Source: Octopus sinensis (Eukaryota). From it: a DNA stretch of 64,000 nt. The notes under the pieces are model-generated. The model saw only the letters and a list, made by a program, of their open reading frames with translations, ran no database searches and was not told the DNA's origin. The DNA is taken from NCBI RefSeq assembly GCF_006345805.1, contig NC_042999.1:72354001-72418000 (forward strand), given 5' to 3'. The position numbers were made by a program, and so were the translations under genes. This document shows positions 1 to 12,121 of the stretch, piece after piece. Each line of letters begins with the position of its first letter. Position 1 is the stretch's first letter.

Positions 1-1149
1 TTCAAGATTAGTCAACACGACACTTCTATATAATGTAATAATTTGAATTCGCCTTAAATGGTCCCTTTGCATACTGAATACTTGGTGAAATTGATTAATT
101 AATTAATTTTACCCTCAATTGTTGAAATTATAATTCATCTCTCTCTATATATAATGCCGCGGATTTTACCGAAAAAAGCATAGTGTTTACTGATTTTAAC
201 CCACGCTGGTGGAAAGGAAGGGAGAGCAGAAATTCTTCGCTTGCATTTTTGAGTTTGTTGGCACTGTTAGTTACGAGCAGATCTTCGGAAAGCGAGAGGA
301 AGCCGAGAGGGTATGCTCCCACTTTCAGTGTTTTCAAATCCAAACCAGGGAGTTCTGAGCTGATGATGATAGAAGTGTCGTGTTGACTAATCTTGAAACG
401 TACGTTCTCAAATAACCTTTGCACTTGATTTTTTAATGTCTACCCCCATATTTGCGTGAGTTGAATTGAGCAAACACTATATGAGAGAGGTTTTCTTTAA
501 GTATTAGAAATAGTTTTAAAAAAGTTTTTTTTAGCTGCTATTTCTAATGAGTTCAGTATGCGGCAAAGTAATTTATTTACTAAGCCCTTTTATATAATGT
601 AATAATTGAATTCGCCTTAAATGGTCCCTTTGCATACTGAATACTTGGTGAAATTGATTAATTAATTAATTTTACCCTCAATTGTGTGAAATTATAATTC
701 ATCTCTCTTCTATATAATGCCGCGGATTTTACCGAAAAAAGCATAGTGTTTACTGATTTTAACCCACGCTGGTGGAAAGGGGAGAGCAGAGAAATTTTCG
801 CTTGCATTTTGAGTTTGTTGGCACTGTTAGTTACGAGCAGATCTTCGGAAGCGGAGGGAAGCCGAGAGGGTATGCTCCCACTTTCAGTGTTTTCAAATCC
901 AAACCAGGGAGTTCTGAGCTGATGTTAGAAGTGTCGTGTTGATTAATCTTGAAACGTACGTTCTCAAATAACCTTTGCACTTGATTTTTTAATGTCTCTA
1001 CCCCCATATTTGCGTGAGTTGAATTGAGCAAACACTATATGAGAGAGGTTTTCTTTAAGTATTAGAAATAGTTTTAAAAAAGTTTTTTTTAGCTGCTATT
1101 TCTAATGAGTTCAGTATGCGGCAAAGTAATTTATTTTACTAAGCCCTTT

Positions 1150-1157
<8 letters not shown>
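1..1157 (+). mobile_element. Tandem array (2 x ~564 bp) of a PLE pseudo-LTR-like repeat, preceded by an inverted fragment and ending in (TA)n
   Basis: 30-593 and 594-1157 are near-identical. Bases 1-28 are the reverse complement of 370-397. The unit contains a hammerhead-like core. Part of the unit (473-690) recurs inverted at 21651-21872. Confidence 0.6.
356..410 (+). ncRNA. Hammerhead-ribozyme-like motif (type I, minimal, weak stem II); second degenerate copy near 914-966
   Basis: tgag-CTGATGA(360-366)...GAAA(395-398)-C-gtac-GTT-ctca. Stem I is tgag/ctca, stem III is the palindrome ACGTACGT, and stem II is poorly paired. Confidence 0.45.
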
Positions 1158-1187
<30 letters not shown>

Positions 1188-1224
1188 GATTGGAGTTGAA
1201 CGACGAATTAACAAAATTCCTTTA

Positions 1225-1307
1225 TTTTCGACATATGTTTCGAAGGCTGCATATTCCTAATTGCGAAGGAATGAGGAGTACATTATGCCGCTTTCTCATC
1301 AGGAAAA
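1225..1307 (-). ncRNA. Type I hammerhead ribozyme with a canonical core in a (TA)n-flanked PLE-type terminal repeat
   Basis: Minus strand reads ttttc-CTGATGA-gaaagcggcata...tatgcagccttc-GAAA-C-atat-GTC-gaaaa. Stem I is 5 bp, stem II pairs 10 of 12, stem III is the palindrome ACATATGT. Predicted cut between 1230 and 1229. Confidence 0.7.
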
Positions 1308-1666
1308 GCAAGGAACTTATGTCAACATCAAAATGCACAAAAACTTTTAGATGATTGCTCACACGGAGCCCATAGCGATAATGACTGTCTCCTTAAAATA
1401 TTCCTTTATAAGGAGTGACGTCAAAATGGTTGGATGTAGAAGATTCTAGAAGGTTCTAAAGGTTCAAAGGTTCAAACGAAGTTGGAAGAGAGAGAGGCAT
1501 AAGAATAGTAAGGTGAAAGGGTGCAGGTCATATGAATGGTGAGTTTTGTAATTTTTATCATTCGTATCATTTGCAAATTTTCCTTTTGGATTTTGTCATT
1601 CGTACCATAGTTTTTATTTGAATATATTTATTGCAGGTAAAATATACATATATATACATTACATTT

Positions 1667-2112
1667 GAGCACTTCTTTTTTGCAGTCCTATAAACCATTT
1701 TGTTTCCATAAAAAGAGACAAAAATTATTTCTTGTCATATATATACATACATACATACATGCATACATACATACATACATACATACATACATACATACAT
1801 ACATACATACATACATACATACATACATACATACATACATACATTCATACATACATACATATATTTACATACAGAGGTACTCATTTTTTGCATATGTGTA
1901 CACGTATATAATGATAATATTACTTGCTATCCTAAAATATATATGTTGCTTATCTTATTTGAATGTATGTATGTATGTATGTATGTATGTATGTATGTAT
2001 GTATGTATGTATGTATGTATGCATGTATGTATGTATATATATGACAAGAAATAATTTTTGTCTCTTTTTATGGAAACAAAATGGTTTATAGGACTGCAAA
2101 AAAGAAGTGCTC
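1667..2112. repeat. Fold-back inverted duplication: ~75 bp unique sequence plus (CATA)n/(TATG)n arms around a ~100 bp spacer
   Basis: gagcacttc...cttgtcatat (1667-1740) is the reverse complement of 2039-2112, and the gcat interruption of the microsatellite is present in both arms. Confidence 0.85.
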
Positions 2113-2489
2113 CAATGCAATGGAGACAGGAATAAAGAAACATTGGTCATGGAAAAACATCAAATTCGAGTCAACGACTTTATATATAACACCATACCTC
2201 CAAGCATTTGATCATATATAAATATCACCATGGTTCTTGAACATATAATGTATACATATACAAAAAAACACAGAAAGTAAAAAATATATATGCGAATAAA
2301 AATACAGATATATACAACGGCCTATCAAAAAGATAAGCACAATCGTCTTGAAATTCTAAAGCGTGTCATGCTACTAAAAATCTAAATACAATAAAATAAA
2401 ATATCAATCGACTAAAAAAAATTTTCTTACTCCCCTCAAACAAAAGAGTACGCCAAAAAAGTTCAATTCATAAAAATCATGATATGTTA

Positions 2490-3911
2490 GAGTCCAGGAG
2501 CGAAATGGCTGGTCCGCCACCTGACCATGTCACGGAAATTCGAAAGAAACGCAATGCATTATTTGATTGCAAACAATATAAGCCCTCTGTCAGATACGTA
2601 TATTTTAAAAGACTCCGCCGGTTACGACGACGAGGGTCCCAGCTGATACGATCAACGGAACAGCTTGTTCGTGAAATTAACGTGCAAATGGCTGAGCATT
2701 CCACAGACACGTGTACCCTTAACGTAGTTCTCGGGGATAATCAGCGTGACACAGAGAGTGACAAGGCTGACCCTTTGAAATACAAGTACAACTCATTTTT
2801 GCCAGCTGAGTGGACTGGAGCAACGTGAAATAAAGTGTCTTGCTCAAGGACACAACGCGTCGCCGGGAATCGAACTCACAACCTTACGATCATGAGCCGA
2901 ATGCCCTAACCCCTAAGCCACGCGCCCTCACTAGATACGTATATAAAGATGTTAGGAATAGATATTGGAAGTGAAATAGTGTTAGTGAGGAGATGAGTAA
3001 AACCAAGAGCTCACGTTCTTGAATACAGGAATTCATATGGATTGCCCCCCCCCCCACCTCACTTTTTTCTTTTAGAATCTGAAGTTGTTTTTTAGGATTC
3101 TGAAGAACTTCCCAAAGAATCATAAATACTACTGCATCTGTAATAAATCCTCCATCAAATTTTCTTACTCGGTAATGCAAACTTTGGCCTCCATTATTGC
3201 ATATATTAATAGAAGCAAATTAAATGGGCAAGTGCACTGGAAGTATTCTTCAGTTGGAAACCCTGGTAATGGGCAAGTAAGCGTTAATACCCCTAAGGTT
3301 AGCGCTACAAACCATTTGCTCCCACCGGTTTTATCGACCACCCGTAATGATATATGTGAAGAAAAGAACGCGGGAAGCCAGATAAGTAATGTTAGTATTA
3401 GTAATAGGGATAGGGTGGCTCTGCTAAATACGGTAATTGTAGAAACCCTGGATTATGTCCCATTGATGGATTCTGTCTGACTACTAATGTTACGTATAAA
3501 TGCGTTGTTAAAGAGGATGGTAATTTGGATAGGTTTTATACAGACAGTACTGTAAATTTTAAGGCTAGATACAGGGCCCACATGAATTAGTTTTCGAGCG
3601 AAAAATATTGTAACTCCGCTACACTTGCCTCTTATATGCATGGCTTAAAGAGGAATAATAAAAGTTATTCTCTTGAATGGTCTGTTATATCGAGGGACCC
3701 TTATTTCAGAGTTAATATTAACAAGCGTAAGTTGTGTGTAAGGGAATCTCTTGCCATCCTTAAATCCTTTGGGCCTAAAACGTTAAATAATTTTACAGAG
3801 TTGGTCCCTTTTTGCAGCCATAAGTTTTCTTCTATTTTTCTGAAAGTGTATAGAAGTAAAATTAGATGTGGTAAAAAATATTTAGTTTTACGGGGTTTTC
3901 AAACCGAATAG
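2490..3911 (+). mobile_element. Degenerate Penelope-like element fragment (lineage 2: RT thumb to GIY-YIG), interrupted by a SINE
   Basis: Frame-shifted peptides FIWIAPP..FFRILKNFPKNHKYYCICNKSSIKFSYS, CPIDGFCLTTNVTYKCVV..FYTDSTVNFKARYRAH and YSLEWSVISR..KLCVRESLAIL..LNNFTELVPFCSHK are typical PLE C-terminal motifs. Confidence 0.7.
2604..2932 (-). mobile_element. tRNA-derived SINE (core A, tail 1), full length with 12-bp TSD
   Basis: A/B boxes (tggcttaggggttagg, gagttcgattccc) on the minus strand. TSD agatacgtatat at 2592-2603 and 2933-2944. Near-identical to 54243-54564. Confidence 0.9.
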
Positions 3912-4004
3912 TTAAAATTCCATTAACAACAGCTACCGGCGTGTTTAGCTTTGAAATAATTAGATTTTTTTTTTAGGTTTGTTAGAAAATTTGGACTAGC
4001 AACT

Positions 4005-7000
4005 AATCGTTGCTTTTTTCCCAGCGTAGGAGAGAATTTCTTTCTTCCTTTTCACAGATTTCTTTCCAATGATTTATGGTATTTTCGAGGGGTTGTCCCT
4101 CGGTTCGTTTCTGTATTTCACTATGCATCTCCTCGTCGATGTTTTTATATTTTTCCTCATTAGTGGAGGCCCTAAGTTTTAGTAATTCTATTTCTGATTT
4201 AAAATTGAATAGAGCTGACCTTTCCCTAATAGTTCTCTGTCCGTCAGGTTCGTTGGGTATTATTTTGATCTGGAATTTGCGTGGGAGGATAATTGGTGTT
4301 GAGTTCATCCATCCCTCGTATATATCTGCTTTGTTGGAATTGTTTATCATGTTCCAGAAGGCGAGTTTTCTATTGTGCAGGTTTGTATTCCAAATGTTTC
4401 CTCGAAAATACCATAAATCATTGGAAAGAAATCTGTGAAAAGGAAGAAAGAAATTCTCTCCCATGCTGGGAAAAAAGCAACGATTTCTTCCAAAGATATG
4501 AGTCAATTTTCAAAAATGAATTGGGTACAGATAATCCCTTTCTAAAGAAAATAACAAGAAATAAAAAAGAAAAACCGAACAACCCACAAACCACCCCCAA
4601 CTATCCTCCATACACTAGAAACAGAAATCACCCACAACCAACATTTTCGAACCACACAAGACTTAACAGGGAACAAGCTGACAGACAACGCATTTATGAA
4701 ATAGATTACACCAAGAACAGAACACGCCAACAACATCCTAATACCAGACCTAACCACCACATAACAGCACAAAATAACACTAGAATAAGAAACACACCAT
4801 ACACAAGTCGCTACTACCCCATGAACCAAAATTACTGGTCCCCACCGAACACAAGACAAACGCAAAAAAACACTAAGTCAAGCAACATCCCACATACAAG
4901 CAATTCGAAACAAAAATATATCACATACAGAAATTTTACACACACCACAAACGAAAACAACCATAGATTCCCACACACACACAACAATCGGAGGCAACAA
5001 TACCACCGTTCCCCCGAACCAATATCACACAACCTCACAGACAACTCATACAAACAAAATTATACCCAACATTTTTTAGCCCGGGACCAGAGACACCAGG
5101 ACACAGGCTGGAACCTAGTAATAAGGAAAAACCGAAGATAATAAACCTTTCAACCAAACCTCTCTCTAACATAAAAATTGAGATCCTCTCAAAAGGGCTC
5201 AAATTTACGCCAACCCCACGCAGAGCCAACCAAAATGAAATCAAGGATAATATAACAGAATTCTGCAGAAAATTAAGACTAACAGAAGCATCAACCAGTT
5301 TCAATACTGAAGATGAATCACTAGTCAAGAACAAAAGTGAACACATCCCACACAGAGGAAGAAATAAAGATCTTGACGAGTTCTGCAGCCACATTGAGAA
5401 CTTTCCCTACCATACTATACATAAACAGACAGTTAACTCAAATTTTAGCACTGCACAATGGAAGGAACTGATAGAAATTCAAAAATGATGAAGATATAAC
5501 CATTAAGGAAGCAGACAAAGGAAGTGCAGTTGTAATAATGGATACATTATACTATAGAAATCTTGTAATTTCCTTGCTTGATGACAATCAACATTATGAA
5601 AAAATCACCAACTACACCCCGCAAAAAATAATGAAAACTCTGTATTCACTAATTAAAACCCATGAAAAGGAACTAACAACCAAAGAGATTGACTTTCTAA
5701 CAAACTTTAAATGCAAGCCTAGCCTCTTCTATGGTCTGCCAAAAATACATAAAAGCCAAATTATAAATGAAACCATTAAAAAATGACCAAAGATATACAT
5801 ACACACACCTAACCCGGGGGACCTAAAACTACGACCCATTGTAGCTGGCCCAACCTGAGAAACACACAGATTAAGTCTATTTATGGACATCCTCCTGAAA
5901 CCCTACCTTAAACATATCGGTAGTCATATCAGAGATGACTTGGATATGTTAAATCACCTACCAAAAAAAGTCAAGGAAGAAACAATCATGGTTTCATTTG
6001 ATGTAGTTAATTTATATACCAGTATACCTCATAATTATGGATTAGAGGCAATACAGTTCTGGCTGGACCAATTTCCGGAAGAAATACCAAAAGGGATCAG
6101 TAAAGAATTCCTTACTAAATCGGTTGAATTCATCCTACATAATAACCACTTCATGTTTGACAATACATTTTACCGTCAAAAATCCGTATTGCTATGGGTA
6201 CAAGGGCAGCACCAGTCATTGCGAACCTAACAATGGGCTACCTGGAAATAATTGTATACCAGGAATCTTTATCGACCTTTGGAAACCCCCTCTCTCAATA
6301 CATAAAAGAGAATTGGAAAATATTCCTGGACGATTGTTTTATACTCTGGAATGAAAACACAGATAAACTCCTAAAATTCAAAAACCTATTGAACAGCATC
6401 AGCCCAAATATACAGTTCACCATGGAATGCAACCAAAAGGAACTCCCATTCTTAGATATACTAATTAAAAAAATTAACCTTAAAATAGAAACAGACATTT
6501 TTTTACAAAGCCACAGACGCTAAACAATACCTACTTTTTGATTCATGCCACCCAAGACACACTAAAACAAACATCCCTTTCAACCTTGCAAGAAGGATAT
6601 GCACAATAGTGTCAGAACAAAATACCAGGAACTTTAGACTACAAGAACTCAAAAACACCCTAATTGACAGACACTACCCAGCTCAACTCATAGAGGATGG
6701 GATCAGACGTGCAACAGAAATCGACATAGAAACTTTGAGAAAAGTTCAACACAACAACACACCTTCCCCGAAAATACTGCCTTACATATCCACATACAAC
6801 CCCAGAAACAAAGAAGCCTTCACCATCATCACCCAGAATTTACCAATACTTCATAAGGACCCCAAATTAAAGGAAATTCTAAACATACATAAAATCATTA
6901 AAAGCTACAAACAACCTAAATCACTTAAAAAGATTCTCACAAAGGCAAAATTCTTTTCTGAAACTACGGATGCAAAAGTAAAAAAAATGTGGTAGACCAA

Positions 7001-7697
7001 ACTGCGAAACATGCCCAAACCTTCTAGAAGGATCAGAATTCCTTTTCAAAGAGGGACAAAAATTCAAGATCAAATCTACTTTTACTTGTGCTTCTGAAAA
7101 CATATTTATGTCATAAGGTGCTCGGGCTGCCACCATAACTACGTGGGGTTCACGGGACTATCACTCAGACGTAGATGCACTCTGCATCGACAACAGATTG
7201 CATTCCCAGAATACAGAATGATACCCTTTAGTAAGCATATTGAGAAATGCGCAAAGCAACTACTACAACAATTTTTAATCTTTCCATTCTATCAATGTGC
7301 TATTGGAACACCAACACAAATTAGATTAAACAAGGAAACATTCTTCATTGAAAAATATAAACCCAAACTTAACCACTCTAACATTCTTATACAGAGAAAC
7401 TCACCCCATTAAATAAAGGGAAAAGAAATATAAAGCGATTATCTCCCTTATACCGGAAGAAATCGCTTATTACCTCCCCCTACCTGGAACTCTTCTTTTC
7501 ACTTCATAACGAAGACATAACACGATGTAGGTAAAGACACTTGAGAAATTTGAAAAGTTAACACGAAACCGGTAATTTCTTCAAAAGCTATGTTACTGTA
7601 TGAAAGAATTTTATAACATTCTTCCAACATAATGACTCAAATATATTCTTTAACCTTATAAAACAAGCCTTCTGTAGATTTTTAACTGTTTACTATT

Positions 7698-7700
<3 letters not shown>
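4005..7700 (+). mobile_element. Near-full-length Penelope-like element (Neptune-like: RT, Cys-rich linker, GIY-YIG endonuclease), pseudogenised, with an inverted 5' segment (4005-4400) and a (TA)n tail
   Basis: Motifs IKEADKGSAVVIM, FYGLPKIHK, LRPIVAGP, SFDVVNLYTSIPH, AMGTRAAPVIANLTMG, WKIFLDDCFILW, PFLDILI, CGRPNCETC, IYVIRCSGC..YVGFT..LRRRCTLH. In-frame TGA stops at ~5784 and ~5856 and several 1-nt frameshifts in homopolymers. Confidence 0.92.
7543..7581 (+). ncRNA. Decayed minimal hammerhead motif in the PLE 3' terminal repeat
   Basis: gagaaat-TTGAAAA-gt(taac)ac-GAAA-C-cg-GTA-atttctt. Stem I is 7 bp and stem III is the palindrome ACCGGT, but the core has two substitutions from CUGANGA. 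Confidence 0.4.
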
Positions 7701-7755
<55 letters not shown>

Positions 7756-7789
7756 ATGTATGTGTATGTATATATGTGTATATATATAT

Positions 7790-7876
<87 letters not shown>

Positions 7877-7877
7877 T
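7700..7877. repeat. Compound microsatellite (TA)n-(TATG)n-(GACA)n-(GATA)n
   Basis: Read directly from the sequence. Confidence 0.95.
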
Positions 7878-7894
7878 AAGTGTACTTCTTATGG

Positions 7895-8405
7895 GAGAGA
7901 GACTTCAATCTGCCCAATGTCGGTTGACCTGAGGGCCTTTATCTCCCATGAATGGCGCGATGCGAACAAGGACATGTGAAGTCCCTCCTGAACCTTATCA
8001 GCCCTTTGTACATGGAACAAATAGTACTCCATCCAACCAGGGCAGGTAACATACTGGATCTCCGTTTCACAAATAATATGGAGCTCATCCATAATGTGAA
8101 AGTGACACCGACGCTACTCTCGGATCACGACATGGTAGAGCTGATCATGCAGTCAACACGAAACTCTCAAAATCTTTCCAGCTTGAACTTCCATAAGTTG
8201 AACAGGACAAAAAAATGAGAAAGAGATTCTCAAAGAAAGCTGGCCTAAATGTCTCTCCTCACCGGACATCAACATGAAACGTCAACAATTCATGTCTGTA
8301 ATGCAAGCCATATGCTACAATTGCCCTGGAGAGAAAGGCCACTGTACACAAGAACAAAATCTCCAGGGGGACGAAAATTCTTATGAGACGCCGTACTCTT
8401 GTAGG
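7895..8405 (+). mobile_element. CR1/L2-type LINE fragment (end of the APE endonuclease)
   Basis: EQIVLHPTRAGNILDLRFTN..TLLSDHDMV matches the PTR..LDL..TN..SDH endonuclease motif. Confidence 0.75.
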
Positions 8406-8637
8406 TTCGAGGTCGTTGAGTAAACAGAAGAGACAGAAACAGGCAGAAACAAGGAAAATGTCACTTGTATTTGAACACTATGCAAATATTCTTTTAAAAA
8501 ACGTTTCTTTTAATTTGTCCAAAATTTAATTGTTTTCCATACTTACAGTTGAAAAAGTCTCAATGACTGAAACCGGTACTGAATTGTTTTTTGTAAAATC
8601 ATTTTAGCACTTTCTACCTTGACTTTTCCCATATATA

Positions 8638-9681
8638 CAGTGGGGGGAAATAAATATTCGTCCTATAAATCATTGTTCAAAATATTTTCGTACATCTCTG
8701 CATTCATTCTACCATCTATCACATGTAAATTTCCAGCACCATTTGCAAAGAAACACCCCCACACCATGATGTTGCCACCTCCAAACTTTACGGTAGGAAT
8801 TGTGATTTTCAGCAACATGGCTACGCGAATTTCGTCCAAACAATTCAATTTTCGACTCGTCTGTCCATAGAACATTTTCCCAGAATGTATCAGATTTATC
8901 TTTTATGTTCATAAACAAATTTTAAACAGGCATCTCTATGCCTTTTAGTCAACAGCAGAGTTTTTCTAGGAGAGCGTGATTTCAGTTCATTCCTATGAAG
9001 TTCATTGCTGATTGTTCATAGTGTAACACTAGTCCCTGAAGCTAACAAATCTTCTTGCAACTCCTTTCTGGTGATCATTGCGTTTTTTTCGATTCTTCTC
9101 TTCATTTTTCTTAAAGATCTAGAGGAAATCTGGCGTGGTGCACCGGATCTTATTCTGTTTTCAAACATTCCCAATTTTTTTATATCTTTGAATAAATGAA
9201 GATATGGCAGAAAATGGAATACAAAGGGTCTCTGATATTTTCCTGTAACTTTTACCTGCTTTCCACTGTTCAATAATTAAAGTTTTCACTGAATTTGTGA
9301 GTTCTTCACTTTTCGCCATTATTACGATACTACTTTATGTTGTCTCAATGCTGAATGATGAAGCTAGTGTTTTAACACTTAAAAATGACAACTGATAAGA
9401 TTATTGGAACAAACGAGAAATTTCTAGTAAAAGAAATTATTTTAACAGTATTTTGTGGCATAGAAAATCATAAATTTATTCTTTACGAATACTTTTTTCA
9501 CCCCAAAATATTTATAATTGTATATAAATTCATTAGTTACTATAATTTATTAGTTCCTTTTGCATATTCTTAGTTTATGCATGTGTATGCATATATAGTA
9601 TTGGTACATCCTATTTATGTTGATGAGAAATTAAATAAATAAAGAATTTTGACATGTACGAATATTTATTTCCCCCCACTG
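8638..9681 (-). mobile_element. Tc1-family transposon, internal-deletion derivative lacking the catalytic C-terminus
   Basis: 24-bp TIRs cagtggggggaaataaatattcgt (8638-8661 / 9658-9681) with TA TSD. Transposase motifs [33 protein letters not shown], after which the frame runs straight into the TIR. Confidence 0.92.
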
Positions 9682-9718
<37 letters not shown>

Positions 9719-9733
9719 GGGGGAGGGAGACAG

Positions 9734-9920
9734 ATGCAGGCATAGCTATGTGGTACGCAGTTTGCTTCCCAAACGCATGGTTCGTTGTTCAGTCCCACTG
9801 CGTGGCACCTTCGGCAAGTGTTTTCTACTATAGCCTCGGGCCAACCAAATCCGTGCGAGTTGGTTTGGCAGGTAGAAACTAAAAGAAGGCCGTTGTTTAT
9901 ATATGGCTGTGTGTGTGTGC

Positions 9921-9992
<72 letters not shown>

Positions 9993-10208
9993 TTGTTTGT
10001 GCCTCTGTTTGCTTCCCCCATCACCGTCTGATAAACAGTGTTGGTATGTTTACGTCGACTTAAATTATCGATTCGGCAAAAGAGGCCGATTGAACAAATA
10101 CCAGGCTCAAAGCAAAATAAGTACTTGGGTTGATTCGTGGAACTAAAATGCTTCAACGTGGTGCCCCAGCATGGACGCAGTCTAATGGCTAAAACAAGTA
10201 AACGATAA
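9734..10208 (+). mobile_element. tRNA-headed CORE-like SINE with an internal (TG)n tract (possibly OR2-like). Other copies: 13905-14235(-), 34778-35172(+), 39221-39361(-), 42258-42520(+), 44337-44757(-)
   Basis: Shared sequence gtggcaccttcggcaagtgtcttctactatagcctcgggccgacc, then a TG tract, then ccagcatggccgcagtc, across at least six copies. Confidence 0.8.
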
Positions 10209-10472
10209 AATACATATAGATAGAGAGAGAAGGTGAGAAGAGCGTGGAAAATGCATATATATGGTATATACGTGTTTGTGTGAATATGTATTTACGCTAG
10301 TAATAGGCATAAATAAATATGATTTTATCCCATGATTGATTATTCTCGGTCATCATTTTGTGATTATGTATATACAACTAAAAATGTGTCTGTTATTGTA
10401 CTCTAATATTTTGCCTTTAAGTTGGCCTTTGGCAAAAGATACGAATCTTTATCATCATCATCATCATCATCA

Positions 10473-10528
<56 letters not shown>

Positions 10529-11689
10529 GTAATTAGTAGTGGTATTAGTGTATGTATTTAAACAAAAAGAAACTGAAACTTAAAATGCATATTTCTGAAT
10601 CTCTCAAGCTAAAATATATGAATCCATTTTTCTAAACCAAAATACAGAATTAATATATCCCTACAAGGAATATTTTGTTACATTTTATTCTGTTGTTCTG
10701 TTAACTGTAGTGAGCTCATGCTAATCAGTTTAGGAATTTGAATTGTAAATCTGAGAATCAAAAGATAAAAGCGTTGGCAGTAATATTCCCTGCTTTCTGC
10801 ATACACTTGCATAATAGAAATAACATATAATACTGTCTTCAGCAAACAACAATTGACAAATTCTTTCACTTTAAAAATAATGTTCTTATAAATTATTCTG
10901 AGTAAAGTCGTTTTACCTCCAGTAGCTTTTATTTCATAAACTGACTTCATTGTAGCTATTGTTAGAACAACAATGTAGTCATATCTTTTATAAAATAGCT
11001 TTCTTCGGGAGATCTTCCGGCTAAAACCAATAATGATGCCTCGTGGATGTATAATGGTAATAGGAAAGAAAAAACATCCCTCGAAGACAATGTACCAAAT
11101 ATTAAGACTTGGTTTGAAAGTAAATGAGTACGTCTTGAAATATTTACTTGTATGTAAGAAATGTCGTTTTAGAATCTTGACTAATAACAATGATTATGTC
11201 TTCGAAAGGGTAATCATTGTGGTTTTCTAAAGGAAAATAATTACGCCGTTATCATAAAATGGTTGTCTTTATTAGGAAAGGTCTCTATTAGAACGAGGAC
11301 ACCGTTTACAGTAGTCAACCCAAATAAACTGCCAATAAAACGCGCCTTTATAGGGTCATTAAACTCTGCGTGCTTCTCATTCAAGTCATATGACTACTTT
11401 ATAACTAATCAGAGGACAAATGTATCGTTTGTTTTTCTTTCATTTGTGGTTTTGTTTTGTTACTGTAGTTTGTTTCATCTCGTGCATCGTCTCTTCGTAA
11501 TATTACCATTTGTAACAAGGCCAAAATGTGGTACAAACAAGTAAGAAAAATTCTGGCAGTTTTCCACAATACATTTTAACGGAATTTGTTTTCGTTAAAT
11601 AACATTTTTCACTCCTGTCATCTTATTTCCTATTCTAAGTCGTGGTTCTGCTTTTGAATCTGTTCTCTTTCACATGATCCGTTCATTTT

Positions 11690-12000
11690 GTTTCTTTACG
11701 TCCTGAGTTCAAATTTCACCGAGGACGACCTTGCCTTTCATCCTTTCAGGCTCAATGAAATAAGTACCAGTTGAACACTGGGGTCGATCTAATAGACTTA
11801 CTCTCTCCGGCGAAATAGCTAGCCTCGAGCCAAAATTAAACCATTATTATTATTATTATCATTATCCCGCCGCTACGTTCTGACTTCAAATTCCGCCGAG
11901 GTCGACTTTGCCTTTCATCCTTTCGAGGTCGATAAATTAAGTACCAGTTGCGTACTGGTGCCGATCTAATCGACTGGAGCTCTTCCCAAAAATGTCAGAC
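11690..12000 (+). mobile_element. Two partial copies of the abundant tRNA-derived SINE ('K-type' in this report)
   Basis: B-box-like gagttcaaattccgccgaggtcgactttgcctttcatcctttcg, followed by gataaattaagtaccagtt and ggggtcgatctaatcgact. Confidence 0.85.
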
Positions 12001-12121
12001 TTATACATTGGTAGGCCATTAAAATAAACACACCAGATTGTTCATGTGATAGAAAAAAAAAAGAAAAAGACAGGAAAGAAGGGAAAAAGTGAAAATATTA
12101 TTATTAATATTCCTATTATTA

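Noticed and set aside
2484-2828. 114-aa ORF sharing its C-terminus with ORF 54346-54621
   Set aside because: The shared part is the antisense reading of a SINE, not a paralogous protein.
2850-2932. tRNA-like heads of SINEs (also 54243, 55033, 57092 and the K-type copies)
   Set aside because: A/B boxes are present but there is no complete cloverleaf; they continue directly into SINE bodies.
10678-11190. 170-aa minus-strand ORF
   Set aside because: No recognisable motif, composition typical of random AT-rich frames, and no splice support.
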